A DNA stretch of 64,000 nucleotides from contig OY970303.1 in assembly GCA_963716255.1 (NCBI GenBank), positions 2,016,001 through 2,080,000 on the forward strand, read 5' to 3'. Source of the stretch: an uncultured Gemmatimonadales bacterium (GTDB lineage Bacteria > Gemmatimonadota > Gemmatimonadetes > Longimicrobiales > Longimicrobiaceae). A model generated the notes under the pieces. That model did not search any database. It had not been told where the DNA came from and saw only the letters and a list, made by a program, of their open reading frames with translations. A program made the position numbers and the translations under genes. Shown one piece after another: positions 36,047 to 46,754 of this stretch (position 1 is its first letter; each line of letters starts with the position of its first letter).

Positions 36047-37192
36047 TCACGCCGTGCCCGCGTCCCGCAGCGAGCCGATGCGCGCCACCAGTTCCCCCTC
36101 GCGCGCGGCGTCCAGCTCGTCCCCGCGGGTGATCCCCCGCCCCACGCGCCAGCGGTGGAAGGCGAGCTCGCTCACCGCCTGGTGGAGCTCCCGGTGGCGG
36201 CGCCAGGCGCGCAGCCCGCCCCGGCGGAGCGAGCGGGCGGAAGCCTTCATCCTCCCGCGCACCGTGCACATGTGGTCCAGCTCCCCCGCGGCGATCACAC
36301 CCGTCGCCACGTACGGCTCCAGGTTGGCGTGGATCATCCGCCCCTCGCGACGCAGCGACCAGGCGACGAGTCCCACCACACCCAGGAAGATGGGAACCAT
36401 CACCAGGAAGTAGACGGCGAAGAAGACATCGGTGCTGGCGGCCAGGTTCCAGGTCGCGTGGAGCAGCATGGCGAGGCAGAAGCCCGCCGCCGGCGCGAAG
36501 AAGCGTACCGTCCCCCCGTTCCGCTCCCGCGCGATCCCCAGCCCGATCCCCGTCATGGCGGTGAAGAAGGGGTGCGCGAAGGGGGCGAGCATGCCGCGTA
36601 CGACGAAGGTGGCCACCGAGCTGTCGATCCCCTGGGCCAGCGCGTTCCCGTAGTACAGCACGTTCTCCGTCATGGCGAAGCCCAGCCCCACCATGGCCGC
36701 GTAGACGATGCCGTCGGTGACGTTGTCGAACTCGTCGCGGTAGCGCGAAAAGAAAACGAAGAGCACCAGCCCCTTGGTGAACTCCTCCACCAGCGGCGCC
36801 GAGACCACCGAGCCGGCCAGCCCCGCGGCCTCCTCGCCCAGCGCCCCCGCCAGCGACAGCTCGAAGAACGAGTTCACCAGCATGGAAAAGAACACCGCCC
36901 CCGCCGCGCCCCAGACGAAGGCGCGCACCAGCAGCCCGCGCGGCTCGGCCTCGAAGCGGTCCAGCCACAGGGCGACCGCCACGTAGATGGGCACCGGGAG
37001 GGTGGCCAGCAGCAGTCCCACGGCGAACCCCACGGTGCCGGTCTCCGCCGCGATCAGGAGAAAGGTGAGGACCCCGAAGGTGGCGACGGCCTTGCGCCGC
37101 CCCGTCCACCAGCGCGTGCGCGCCGGGGCCGCAGGCGGGGCGGCGGGGAGGTCCTGCGGGGGGTCGGTGTGCGCGGTCAACTGTGCCTCCAT
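36047..37192 (-). CDS. PrsW-family intramembrane metalloprotease
   Basis: APLVEEFTKG, GLGFAMTEN.LY, AHP and LHATWN motifs. Confidence 0.9.
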   Translation of the reverse strand: MEAQLTAHTDPPQDLPAAPPAAPARTRWWTGRRKAVATFGVLTFLLIAAETGTVGFAVGLLLATLPVPIYVAVALWLDRFEAEPRGLLVRAFVWGAAGAVFFSMLVNSFFELSLAGALGEEAAGLAGSVVSAPLVEEFTKGLVLFVFFSRYRDEFDNVTDGIVYAAMVGLGFAMTENVLYYGNALAQGIDSSVATFVVRGMLAPFAHPFFTAMTGIGLGIARERNGGTVRFFAPAAGFCLAMLLHATWNLAASTDVFFAVYFLVMVPIFLGVVGLVAWSLRREGRMIHANLEPYVATGVIAAGELDHMCTVRGRMKASARSLRRGGLRAWRRHRELHQAVSELAFHRWRVGRGITRGDELDAAREGELVARIGSLRDAGTA

Positions 37193-37202
37193 GGCGGATC
37201 CT

Positions 37203-38366
37203 CTACTCAGCCGACGGTTCGCGGGGAACGGGGACGAGAGCCGGAGCCGCCGCGGCGGCCAGGACGCGGCGGCGCGCCCGGACGGCGGCCGCCTGGACCG
37301 CGGCCGTGCCCACCAGCAGGAGCGCGGGGGCGAGCAGGACGGCGAAGAAGAACAGGCCGTACCCGTATCCGCGGTTGGAATGGGGCCCCGCCGCCTTCCG
37401 CACCATGTCGGGGACCACGGCGAGCCCCAGCGTGACCACCAGGCTCCACGCCAGCGAGAGCGGGACGCCCGGCAGGAGGGCCCACCCGGCGCCCCTGCCG
37501 CGCCGCGCGAGGCGGCCGCCGAGCCAGCGTCCCGCGCGCACCAGCAGGAACAGCCCCAGCGCGGACAGGACGAGCCACCCCGCCCAGTACGGCGCGGGGT
37601 CCGGGTCGCGGGGGCGCACGGTGAGCGCCAGGGCGTCCGCGGGGACCCCGTCCCAGCTCCCCACCAGCGCGCTGCCCTCGCGGCGCAACGCCGGCAGGGA
37701 GGCGGCGTGCCAGCCGCGGGGGAGCTCCACCCGTACGTCCACCCCGCCGAAGCCGGCCCATTCGCGCGCCGGGGCGAGCACGTAGGCGAGCTGCTGCGCG
37801 GCCGTGATCCGGTCCGCGTCCACGTACACCGACGCGGTGGCCGGGTAGCGGACCCGGATCTCGTGGCGCCCGGGAGCGAGCGTCACCCGGAAGGAAAGCG
37901 TCCCCTCGCCCTTCACCTCGTACGCCAGCGGTCCGTCGCCGTCCAGCGCCGGGGTGGCGCCGGGGACCCGCCACGACGGCGGGAGCGATTCCGCGGCCCC
38001 CGGGGTGCTGGCGACCGGCCTTCCGTCCACCCACACGCCGTGCTCCCCCGGGGCGAGCGCGGCGGCCACGAACACCAGCTCCAGAGTGCGCGCCGGCCCG
38101 TCGCTGCGCACCCGGTACACGGCCTCCACGCGCGCGGGCTCGTCGTCGGCGAGCGGACGCAGGTCCATGCGGAGCCGCTCCCGCTCGATGAACACCTCGC
38201 GCAGCCCGCCGGAGGGCTCGCCCGCCGCACGGCCCGCCCGCGCGGGGCCGGTGTACGGCGCCGCCATGTTGGCCCGCGCCGAAGCGGCCGGGAGCGCGAG
38301 GAGCGCCGCCGCCAGCAGCGCCGCGGCCAGCCGGCGCGCCGGACGCCGCCGCTCAGGCGCGCGCAC
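37203..38366 (-). CDS. Hypothetical exported/membrane protein (possibly DUF4424-like)
   Basis: Signal peptide, YVLAPAREW motif, C-terminal TM helices. Confidence 0.55.
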   Translation of the reverse strand: MRAPERRRPARRLAAALLAAALLALPAASARANMAAPYTGPARAGRAAGEPSGGLREVFIERERLRMDLRPLADDEPARVEAVYRVRSDGPARTLELVFVAAALAPGEHGVWVDGRPVASTPGAAESLPPSWRVPGATPALDGDGPLAYEVKGEGTLSFRVTLAPGRHEIRVRYPATASVYVDADRITAAQQLAYVLAPAREWAGFGGVDVRVELPRGWHAASLPALRREGSALVGSWDGVPADALALTVRPRDPDPAPYWAGWLVLSALGLFLLVRAGRWLGGRLARRGRGAGWALLPGVPLSLAWSLVVTLGLAVVPDMVRKAAGPHSNRGYGYGLFFFAVLLAPALLLVGTAAVQAAAVRARRRVLAAAAAPALVPVPREPSAE

Positions 38367-39030
38367 GGCCCCCCGGGCGCAGGCGGCCCAGCAGCTCCAT
38401 CCCCGCCGCGAGCAGGCCGGGGATCTCCCCGGGCGCCGCGAGCTTCCCGGAGCGCCACAGGAAGATCTCCTCGCCCATCCCCTCGGCGCACCACCGGGTC
38501 TCGCCCTCGAAGAACCCGGTCACCGCCGCCGGGAAAGCGGCGCGCACCGCGGCCTCGTCCGGGCCGCGCAGCAGGCAGCGGCGCGAGAACTCCGGCCGGT
38601 CGGGAAAGTCGATGTCCCCGTAGCCGAAGACGCCGCCGATGCGGTGGAAGACGTTTTCCGGGCGCACCGAGAACTCCGGGAGCGCGAGCGGCGCCGAGCG
38701 CAGGTACACGACGCTCTGGCGGTAGACGCTCTGCGACTTGCCGGCCCCGATGATGAACTGGTAGTCGAAGGCCGCGGCCCGCACGCCGCCCTTTTCCCCG
38801 GCGATGAAGTTGCGGATGGACCGGGAGTGCCCCTGCCCGAAGAGCCCGAAGCGCTCCAGCCCGGGGATCACCTCCAGCGGCTGCTCCGCCGTCCAGCTCC
38901 AGCCCAGCGCCCGCGCGGCCTCCTCCATCCCCCGGTTGCGCTCGCGCACGCGGCGCCGGGCCCAAGAGATCAGCCCCACCACCGCGGCGGCGACCAGCAG
39001 AAACGGCGTCAGCAGCGGCAGGAACTCCAT
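38353..39030 (-). CDS. Hypothetical membrane-anchored protein
   Basis: N-terminal TM; LPEFSVRPE and DIDF.D.PEFS motifs. Confidence 0.7.
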   Translation of the reverse strand: MEFLPLLTPFLLVAAAVVGLISWARRRVRERNRGMEEAARALGWSWTAEQPLEVIPGLERFGLFGQGHSRSIRNFIAGEKGGVRAAAFDYQFIIGAGKSQSVYRQSVVYLRSAPLALPEFSVRPENVFHRIGGVFGYGDIDFPDRPEFSRRCLLRGPDEAAVRAAFPAAVTGFFEGETRWCAEGMGEEIFLWRSGKLAAPGEIPGLLAAGMELLGRLRPGGRARA

Positions 39031-39226
39031 CGTGCGACTCCGGGTGAGGGCGTCAAGCGGGCGGGGGGAGCGCACGGAGCGCACGGAGGGGGGATCGGGC
39101 AGCGTCCGGGACGGGCGCCGCGTGGGGCGGGCGGAGCGCGCCGGGGGCAGGAGCGCCCCCGACGGAAGGACCGGCAATATAAACAGGCAATTCCGCGAGG
39201 GGCCAGCCCCCGCGCGGGATCCGGCC

Positions 39227-39901
39227 TCAGTCCGAGCTGCCCACGTCGCTCTGCTCCTTGCGGCGCGCCAGCGCGGAGCCGATGTGCTTCTTGAGGAGCA
39301 GCCACACCTCGGGGCGGCTGCGCTCGCACTCGTCCAGGAGGCGGCGCACCGGGTCGGCGGGCTGCTCGCGCAGCAGGTCCGGAGTGCCGGCGGCCAGGCG
39401 GTACACGTAGGAGGTGAAGAACTTGAGCTTCTTGACCTCGTCGCGCTCCAGCACCCCCCGCCGGAAGAGCCCCGCCCGTACGCGGTCCAGCACGTCCTCG
39501 GCGGGGTACGAGGTGTCCATCTCCAGCATGTCGTGGATCACGTCGTCCACCTCCCGGGTCCCCGTGCCCAGGGCGGCGCGGAACCCCGCCTCCAGCGTCC
39601 GTTCCGGCGCCGCGGCGCCCCCGGCCGCCTCCACGAACAGCGTCTGCCGCGACATCAGCCCGAAGAGCACCTTCTTGGCGCGCGCCTCCAGGCGGATCCC
39701 CCCCGCCTGCTCGCTCCCCAGCACCAGCGCCGCGAGCGCCGCCTCCGCCAGCTGGTCGGTGGACACCTTCTTGTCGGCCGTGAGCAGCTCCGTCTTGCCG
39801 CGCAGCATCCCCGCCTCACCGGCGAAGCGGTCGCCGTGCAGCAGCACGGTCTCGCTGGGGGTCAGTCGGATGGAGGCAGCGTCGGGCTGGACCTGGGACA
39901 T
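39227..39901 (-). CDS. Hypothetical protein (GPP34/GOLPH3-like fold possible)
   Basis: Coding-like ORF; LAEAALAAL and VRAGLFRRGVL patterns; family uncertain. Confidence 0.55.
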   Translation of the reverse strand: MSQVQPDAASIRLTPSETVLLHGDRFAGEAGMLRGKTELLTADKKVSTDQLAEAALAALVLGSEQAGGIRLEARAKKVLFGLMSRQTLFVEAAGGAAAPERTLEAGFRAALGTGTREVDDVIHDMLEMDTSYPAEDVLDRVRAGLFRRGVLERDEVKKLKFFTSYVYRLAAGTPDLLREQPADPVRRLLDECERSRPEVWLLLKKHIGSALARRKEQSDVGSSD

Positions 39902-40303
39902 GGATGGCACCTGTGTGGTTGAGGATACGCGCGGCCGGCGGGCGCGCGCCCGCCGGCCCGGATGTCGGGTACGCCGGGGGTCCGGACGCCCGGAGCGGGC
40001 GTCAGGGACCGGAGCGAGCGGGGCGTGGCGGATTGCGGTGGACGACGTCGCGGCGCGCGGACGGGAGCGTCCGGCCCCGGGAAGGGAGCGTACGAGGAGG
40101 CATCGACGAAGTGCTCGGCTCACGTTCGGCGGCTGGCCGATCTCCCGGAGGAGACGCCCGGCTCTGCGGCCCCGGCTCGCGCCGGGTGTGCTCTTGTCGG
40201 GTGATTCCGCAGCGGTGCTGCAGGACGCAGGAAAATGCGTTTACGGGCGGGGGTTTGGCAAGTGAGGGCGGGAGATGTTGGAACGAGGTGAGCGGGAGGG
40301 TTC

Positions 40304-40335
40304 GGGCGTGCCCCCGGCTGGCGCCGGGGTCGGGC
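40304..40335 (+). repeat. R1 copy 10, 3'-truncated
   Basis: Exact GGGCGTGCCCCCGGCTGGCGCCGGGGTCGGGC, then diverges; followed by an R2-related hairpin at 40359-40398. Confidence 0.85.
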
Positions 40336-40436
40336 ATCGCGCCGGCGTCCGCGAGGGTGGGCCCCCTCTCCCCCGCAAACGGGGGAAAGGGGGGGAACCG
40401 CACGGCATCCCTGCCTTCAGCGCCCCGCGTCCATGG

Positions 40437-42005
40437 TCAGCGGATCTCGGTGATCCGCCCCTCCACCGTGGGCGCGATGCTCTCGCCGCGCGCGAAGGCC
40501 GCCGACAGCGCGTCGAACACCATCAGGCGGACGTCCGGGCCGGGCGGCACCGTCATGATCGCCCGGTCCTTGAAGTGGTACCCGTCGCCCCCGCCGAACA
40601 AGTAGTCGGGCACCGCCACGGTGTAGACCCGGTCGTCGGCGAGCGGCGCCCAGCCTTCGCCCTGCTGCACCTCTATCTTCGTCACCCGCTCGCCCGCGCG
40701 TTTCGAGCGGTCGAAGGTGAAGCGCAGCCCGGACACCTGGAGAAAGCGCCCCTCGCCGCGCCCGCCGGACACCCCCTGCTCCAGCACGTACTGCCTGAGG
40801 TCGCGCCCCCGCAGCCACACCAGCCCCACCCGCGTGGGGAAGCCGAAGGTGCGCGCCAGGTGCTCCCAGCGGATGGGCCCCTGGAAGGTGTCGTCGATGC
40901 GGATGGCGCCGCCGTTGAGCACCGCCACGTCCGCCGGGACGTCCGGGAAGGCGCCCCGCATCACGTCCGCCAGGTAGTTTCCCCAGCTGCTCTCCGCGTC
41001 GCGCACCGTCTCCTCGGCGCCGTCCAGCGGCGTCGCCGACGCGCCGATCTGCGCGTCGAAGAAGGGCACCTTCTCCCGGATCTCCCTGCGGTAGCGGTCC
41101 ACCACCTGCGCCTGGTACGCCGGGTCCACGGGGATGGAGGCATCCACGACCACCGAGTCGGCGCTCACCACGGGCGTCCCGCCGCGGCGCGAGAACGCCA
41201 CCCGCCAGACGCGGCGGGCGTTGGAGTCGCCCTTGGTGATCAGCGCGGAGCTGTCGGTGGCCGGGTCGTGGATCAGGTAGTGCTCGTGCCCGCCGGCCAC
41301 CCACAGCAGCCGCGGGTGCGTGCGCTTGAGCGCGGCGATGCGGCGGTCCTGCTCCAGGCTCAGGTGCGTCAGCGCCACGATGGCCTCCGCGCCGCGCTGC
41401 TCCAGTTCGCGCATCCTGCGGTCGGCGACGGCGACCACGGCGGTGTCCGCCTGCGCGTAGTCGCGCGGCGAGTCCAGGAAGGTGACGCTGAAGACCCCCA
41501 CCCTCATCCCGCCTACGACCACGATGGTGTCGGGGATGAAGCGCCGGTCCGCGGCCGCGTCGCCGGTGCTCAGGCGGACGTTGGCGGCCAGCCAGGAGAA
41601 GCGCGAGGCGTTGATCGCCCCGGCGAGCATGGCCGGACGCCGCTCGTCGAACTCGTGGTTGCCGGGGACGGCGAGCAGCAGCGCCCGCGCGTGCAGGAAG
41701 TTGAGCGCGTCGATCATCTGGATGCCGGCGAAGTAGCGGCTCTCCAGCGACGGCGCGATGAAGTCGCCCGCGTGCAGGATCATCACCGGCGCGCGCGTAT
41801 CGCGCCGGGTCCGCTCCGCCAGCGTGGCGATGCGCCCCAGCCCGCCGCGCCGGCCGTTCTCCACCGCGTCGATGCGGTACACGTCGTTGAGCTGGATGAC
41901 CGAGAACGCCGGCCTCCCCTCCTGCGCCCGCGCCCCGGTGGCGAGGGCGAGCAGGGCGGCGGCGGCGAGCGCGCGCCGGGCGGCGGTGCGAAGCGGCTGA
42001 AGCAT
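40437..42005 (-). CDS. Secreted bifunctional metallophosphatase/5'-nucleotidase
   Basis: Signal peptide; NDVY, AGDF, GNHEFD, GGHEH, NGGAIR, QVSG and GGGDGY motifs. Confidence 0.9.
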   Translation of the reverse strand: MLQPLRTAARRALAAAALLALATGARAQEGRPAFSVIQLNDVYRIDAVENGRRGGLGRIATLAERTRRDTRAPVMILHAGDFIAPSLESRYFAGIQMIDALNFLHARALLLAVPGNHEFDERRPAMLAGAINASRFSWLAANVRLSTGDAAADRRFIPDTIVVVGGMRVGVFSVTFLDSPRDYAQADTAVVAVADRRMRELEQRGAEAIVALTHLSLEQDRRIAALKRTHPRLLWVAGGHEHYLIHDPATDSSALITKGDSNARRVWRVAFSRRGGTPVVSADSVVVDASIPVDPAYQAQVVDRYRREIREKVPFFDAQIGASATPLDGAEETVRDAESSWGNYLADVMRGAFPDVPADVAVLNGGAIRIDDTFQGPIRWEHLARTFGFPTRVGLVWLRGRDLRQYVLEQGVSGGRGEGRFLQVSGLRFTFDRSKRAGERVTKIEVQQGEGWAPLADDRVYTVAVPDYLFGGGDGYHFKDRAIMTVPPGPDVRLMVFDALSAAFARGESIAPTVEGRITEIR

Positions 42006-42194
42006 GCGGGGGCTCCTGGCGGTGACTTCGGGAGATCGTGGGTCGCGTGCCGGTCCGGGAAACGGACGGAGCGCGGGGAATCTGCGGAGCGGAGTGCCGC
42101 GTCGAAAGCCCCCGCCCGCAGCACGCCCGGGGTGCCCGGGAATTCCCGCGGACGACGGCGCGGGGAGGCCGCCGGGAGACGCGCCACGGGATCG

Positions 42195-42223
42195 TTGCCT
42201 CTCGCCGGAATGGCGCTTACCAT
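42195..42223 (+). promoter_or_regulatory. Putative sigma70 promoter
   Basis: TTGCCT-17 nt-TACCAT upstream of 42329. Confidence 0.55.
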
Positions 42224-42328
42224 CCTGTCTCCGTCCGCGACCGCGCTGCCCCGAACATCGTCGAGCGGCGGGCGACCACGGCGCGGCGGCGGCGCGACAG
42301 GATGCGGCAACGACTCCGGGGAATGCAC

Positions 42329-42754
42329 ATGGCCGAGACCAAGACCAGGCCCACGCAGGTGAACGTCGACGATTTCATCGCGGCGGTCGAGAAGCCGGTG
42401 CGCCGCGCCGACGCCAGGGTCGTGCGCGAGATGATGGAGCGCGTCACCGGCGAGCCCGCGACGATGTGGGGGCCGACGATCATCGGCTTCGGCACCTATC
42501 ATTACCGCTACGCCAGCGGTCACGAGGGGGACATGTGCCGCGTCGGCTTCTCGCCGCGCTCGGCGAACCTGGTGCTCTACGTCGGCGGCTTTCCCGAGTT
42601 CGAGGAGCTGCTCGGAAAGCTCGGGAAGCACAGGCGCTCCAAGGCCTGCCTGTACCTCAACAAGCTCGCCGACGTGGACCTGGGCGTGCTGGAGGAGATC
42701 GTCCGGCGCACCTTCGAGGCGACCGCGGACGCCGATCGGTGCCCGGTCTGCTGA
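42329..42754 (+). CDS. DUF1801-family protein
   Basis: MWGPTIIGFG.Y.Y.YASG, GFSPR and LGKH...KACLY motifs. Confidence 0.85.
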   Translation: MAETKTRPTQVNVDDFIAAVEKPVRRADARVVREMMERVTGEPATMWGPTIIGFGTYHYRYASGHEGDMCRVGFSPRSANLVLYVGGFPEFEELLGKLGKHRRSKACLYLNKLADVDLGVLEEIVRRTFEATADADRCPVC

Positions 42755-42837
42755 GCGGGCAGGCCGCAACGTGCGTCCAGCCTCTATCCTCCCCTGCGGC
42801 TCGGAGCGCACCTGCTGCGAACGGTCCCCCACAGCGA

Positions 42838-42870
42838 ACCGGCCCCGCGCTCCGAAAGCGCGGGGCCGGT
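42838..42870. terminator. Hairpin between convergent genes
   Basis: ACCGGCCCCGCGC-TCCGAAA-GCGCGGGGCCGGT. Confidence 0.6.
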
Positions 42871-42977
42871 CTCGTTCCGTCTGGCCGGGCATCGTGCCGT
42901 CACGGGCTCGACAGGCTCGAGCCGGGACGGACGTCCGCTCCCGGAAGGGCTGGCCGACGATCGGATCGGGCCCGCCG

Positions 42978-43175
42978 CTACTGCTGCTGCACCAGCGGCT
43001 CCGGCGCGGCCTCCTGCTTCGCTCGTGCCGCCTTCCCCTCCCGCTCCCCGGCCTCGCGCGACATCCGCGTCTCCACGTCCTCGAACGGGGAAAGCACCGT
43101 TTCCATGAGGGTTCGCTGGGGCTTGCCCTCGACGGCGCGCTTGAACGCGGTGTCGTAGACCTGCTTGTTCTTCAT
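42978..43175 (-). CDS. Small hypothetical protein (65 aa)
   Basis: GGAGG RBS 5 nt before ATG; coding-like codon use. Confidence 0.6.
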   Translation of the reverse strand: MKNKQVYDTAFKRAVEGKPQRTLMETVLSPFEDVETRMSREAGEREGKAARAKQEAAPEPLVQQQ

Positions 43176-43294
43176 CTGCGCCTCCGGACCGGGTGGACGG
43201 GGCTGTCGGGGTCGCGCACCTAACGCAGCAATTCCTGAGCCCGTCCAGAAAGCTACGTACCCGCGCGCGGCTCCGCGGCGCACGCGGCCACCCG

Positions 43295-43756
43295 CTACGG
43301 CTCGTCCGCGCTGGGCCCGTAGATCTGCGGCACGGTGGATCCCATGGGCCGCAGGTAGGTGGAGACCTGCCCGCGGTGGTGGACGATGTCGAAGAGGAAG
43401 CTCCAGGCCATGGGCGACGCGGGCCGCTGGCTGCCGAAGAAGTCGAGCGTGCCCTCCCAGCGCTCGGCGGGCAGTGCCTTCCAGCGCTCCACGATCCGGT
43501 CGCTCTGCGTCCCGTACGCCGCGACCACCTCCGCCATGGTCGCGGGCATGGGCGGCGGCGCCCATTCGACCGTGCCGCTCTCCAGCGCCTCGATGATCAT
43601 CTTTTCCTCGCAGACGATCTGCCAAGCGATCTCCTGCGCCGTGCGGGACCTGGGATCCGGACGGTAGTCCGACCCCTCCGGGATCCTCGCCAGCACCGCG
43701 CGCGTGGTCTTCGCTTCCTTCGCCCAGAACTCCGTGAACAGCGACTTCTCGTCCAT
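43295..43756 (-). CDS. DinB/YfiT-family protein
   Basis: YRPDPRSRT..EIAW and HHRGQ.STYLR motifs. Confidence 0.85.
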   Translation of the reverse strand: MDEKSLFTEFWAKEAKTTRAVLARIPEGSDYRPDPRSRTAQEIAWQIVCEEKMIIEALESGTVEWAPPPMPATMAEVVAAYGTQSDRIVERWKALPAERWEGTLDFFGSQRPASPMAWSFLFDIVHHRGQVSTYLRPMGSTVPQIYGPSADEP

Positions 43757-43852
43757 GGTCGTCTCCCCCGGAATGCGCGGATCGGTGTTCCCGGCGAAGC
43801 CGCCCCGCCGGTGATCAGAGCGTGCTCCCGCGTCCTCGTCGTTTTTCCTTCT

Positions 43853-44980
43853 TCACAGCGTAAGCCCCCGCGCGGCGAGCTCCGCCGCGTGGCGTTCGAC
43901 CCCGTCCTCCGGCCTTTCCTGCTCCTGCAGCCAGGCGACCAGGTCCTTCATCCCCTCCTCGAACGTCACCCGCGGCTCGTAGCCCATCGCCTCGCGCGCC
44001 CTGGAGATGTCCGCGAAGCAGTTGCGGATGTCGCCCACCCGGTAGCGGCCGGACACCCCGGGCGCGACGTCCACGCCGAGCACCCGCGCCAGTGTGGACG
44101 CCACTTCCGTGACCGTGACCGGGCTCCCGGAGCCCACGTTGAGCGCCCGACCCACCGCGCCGGGCGCCTCGCCGGCGAGCAGCAGGGCGTCCACGACGTC
44201 GTGGACGGAAACGAAGTCGCGCCTCTGCTCGCCGTCCTCGAAGACCAGCGGCGGCTCGCCGTTGAGCAGGCGCGAGCTGAAGATGGCCGCCACCCCGGTG
44301 TACGGGTTGGAAAGCGACTGGCGCGGCCCGTAGACGTTGAAGAAGCGGAGCGCCACGCTGGGGATCCCGTACGCCTCGCCGATCTGCAGGACCATCTTTT
44401 CCTGGTCCGCCTTGGTGAGGGCGTAGATGGAGGTGGGGTCCAGCGGCTTGTCCTCGTCCGTGGGGACGGGGCGGAGCGGGGCGCCGTCCGGGTCCCGCAT
44501 CTCCCAGTCGCGCCCGCGCAGCCGTTCCGCGGAGCGCCGCCCGGCCGCCGGCTCTCGGCCGTCGTCGCGCACGTAGCGTCCCTCGCCGTAGATGGACATG
44601 GAGCTGGCGACCACCAGCCGCTTCAGCACCATCTCGCGGTCCACCAGCGTCTGCAGCAGGTACGCGGTGCCCAGCGTGTTGGTCGCCGTGTAGTCGGCGA
44701 TCTGGTACATGGACTGCCCCACCCCCACCGCCGCGGCCAGGTGGTACACGGTGTCCACGCCGCTCAGCACCCGGTCCCACACGTCGCGGTCGCGCACGTC
44801 GCCCACCACCAGCTCCGCGTACCCGGAGAGCCAGGGCGGACGCCGCCGGTCCGGGCCGTGCACCTGGGGGTCCAGGTTGTCCAGGATGCGCACCCGGTCG
44901 CCCCGCTCGATCAGCGCGTCCACCAGGTGGCTCCCCACGAACCCCGCCCCGCCGGTCACCAGTACACTTCGCTCCTCCAC
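43853..44980 (-). CDS. NAD-dependent epimerase/dehydratase
   Basis: TGGAGFVG, YALTK, LRFFNVYGP and RDFVSV motifs; GTG start with GGAGG RBS. Confidence 0.92.
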   Translation of the reverse strand: MEERSVLVTGGAGFVGSHLVDALIERGDRVRILDNLDPQVHGPDRRRPPWLSGYAELVVGDVRDRDVWDRVLSGVDTVYHLAAAVGVGQSMYQIADYTATNTLGTAYLLQTLVDREMVLKRLVVASSMSIYGEGRYVRDDGREPAAGRRSAERLRGRDWEMRDPDGAPLRPVPTDEDKPLDPTSIYALTKADQEKMVLQIGEAYGIPSVALRFFNVYGPRQSLSNPYTGVAAIFSSRLLNGEPPLVFEDGEQRRDFVSVHDVVDALLLAGEAPGAVGRALNVGSGSPVTVTEVASTLARVLGVDVAPGVSGRYRVGDIRNCFADISRAREAMGYEPRVTFEEGMKDLVAWLQEQERPEDGVERHAAELAARGLTL

Positions 44981-45162
44981 GCTTCCACCTCCCTGGATGT
45001 CGATGCCCCGGACCCGGGCTCCGGGGCGGCCCCCACGGCCCGCCGGGAGACGGCTCCGCGGCGCCGGGACCCGGCCGTGCATCACACAAGCATCACGGAC
45101 TGTCGCTACGGGAGCACTTCGAGGTGTCCGCAGCCCTCAGGTCCGCGCCGGCCTTGCGTGCG

Positions 45163-45441
45163 TCACGTCTCAGTGAGCGCCAGCCTGGCGTCGTACTCCT
45201 CGGACCAGCGCGCGACGCGCCGGTCCACCTCGTCGGCCCAGACCCCGGCGACCAGGCGCTGCGCCAGGCGCACGCCCAGCCGCACCGCGTGGGTGCGGGC
45301 CGCCTCGTCCTCGCGCCCTTCCCGGAGGTGGCCGGCCGCTTCCATCTCGACCGCGAAGGCCAGCCGGTCGAGGTCGGTGAAGATCCTGCCGCGGAGCGAG
45401 GCTGCTTCGGGGGCTTCGTCCGGCGACGGGTGGCTCAGCAT
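45163..45441 (-). CDS. Small hypothetical protein
   Basis: GGAG RBS; helical coding-like ORF. Confidence 0.55.
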   Translation of the reverse strand: MLSHPSPDEAPEAASLRGRIFTDLDRLAFAVEMEAAGHLREGREDEAARTHAVRLGVRLAQRLVAGVWADEVDRRVARWSEEYDARLALTET

Positions 45442-45665
45442 TGCGACTCCGGCGACGACGGTCGATGATGGGAACCCGGGCCATATCCGGATGTCCTGAA
45501 AGGCTTTGCGCCGCGCGGGGCCTCGCAACTCCCGTGCCCACCGTCCACTTACGCTTCTCCGTCTTCGCCCGAGTTTTTGCGGAAATCGCGCGCGGAGGAC
45601 GCGCCCCGGGAAGCATGTCGTTTCCGGTGCGGCCGGGGCTCGCGCCGCGGCTCCCCGTCCGCCGC

Positions 45666-46571
45666 TCAGCGCCCCGCCACGCTCTGGTAGACGATGCGGA
45701 CGAACGATTCCGGCTTCATGAACCCCTGCCCCCAGCGTGCGTCGAACTCGGCGCTGGGCCGGGCCGCGAGCACCTGCTCCACCGTCTTCCCCTCGCGCGC
45801 CATTGCGCGCACCCGGTCGCGCACCGTGGCGAGCATGTCCCGGTACGCGCGCAGCTCCGCGCGGCCGGAGAGCGGGCCGTGGCCGGGGATGATGCGGGTG
45901 CGCTCCCCCGCCATGGCGAGCACCCGGTCCGCCGCGGCGATCATGCCGTCCACCGACCCGCCGCTGGACAGGTCGACGTAGGGGTACAGGCCGTTGAAGT
46001 AGGTGTCGCCCATGTGCACCACGTCCGCCCTGCGGAAGTGCACGACGGCGTCGCCGTCGGTGTGCGCGGGCGCCACGTGGAAGGCGTGCACCTCCTCGCC
46101 GTTCAGGTGGAAGGTGACCGCATCGGCGAAGGTGACCACGGGGAGGGCCCCGGCCGGGGAAGCCTTCACCGTGTCGCTCAGGTTGTTCTGGAACTGGTCG
46201 GCGCTCATGCGCGTGCGGACGTTGTCGTGCGCCACGATCAGCACGCCGGTCCTGCCCAGGTTCTCGTTGCCGCCGGTGTGGTCGCCGTGCCAGTGGGTGT
46301 TCAGGACGAACTTCACCGGTGCCGGGGAGATGCGGGCGACGGCGGCGCGGATCTTTTCCGTGAGCGGCGCGAACTGGTCGTCCACCAGGAACACGCCGTC
46401 CGCCCCCGCCACCACGGCCACGTTGCCGCCCGCGCCGGTGAGCACGTGGACGGCGCCGGCCACGTGCTCGGTGCGCACCTGCACGGCGGACAGGTCCTGC
46501 GCGCGGGCCGCGGAAGGGGCGAGCAGCGCGGCGGCGAAGCACAGGGAGAGCGGACCGGGTACGGGGCGCAT
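45666..46571 (-). CDS. Secreted MBL-fold metallo-hydrolase (cyclase-like)
   Basis: Signal peptide; NTHWHGDHTGGN, AHTDGD and IPGHG motifs. Confidence 0.9.
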   Translation of the reverse strand: MRPVPGPLSLCFAAALLAPSAARAQDLSAVQVRTEHVAGAVHVLTGAGGNVAVVAGADGVFLVDDQFAPLTEKIRAAVARISPAPVKFVLNTHWHGDHTGGNENLGRTGVLIVAHDNVRTRMSADQFQNNLSDTVKASPAGALPVVTFADAVTFHLNGEEVHAFHVAPAHTDGDAVVHFRRADVVHMGDTYFNGLYPYVDLSSGGSVDGMIAAADRVLAMAGERTRIIPGHGPLSGRAELRAYRDMLATVRDRVRAMAREGKTVEQVLAARPSAEFDARWGQGFMKPESFVRIVYQSVAGR

Positions 46572-46754
46572 GGAGCCTCGGGGCGCGGGTGGGTGGAGCG
46601 GGGGCCGGCGGGCGGGCCGCCCCGGTGGCAACCTGCCGGGCGGGGGAGGCCGCGGCAAGGCGCTGTGCCGGATTTTACACGTGCCGCCTGCCGGACGACG
46701 GAGCGGCGGCGAACTCCGGGAGCCCGCCGCCGCGTAGAGGAGATCGCGTCGAGA

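Noticed and set aside
43295..43756. DinB-family protein as a second DNA polymerase IV
   Set aside because: Name overlap only: it is a small helical DinB/YfiT-fold protein, unrelated to Pol IV at 20109-21353.
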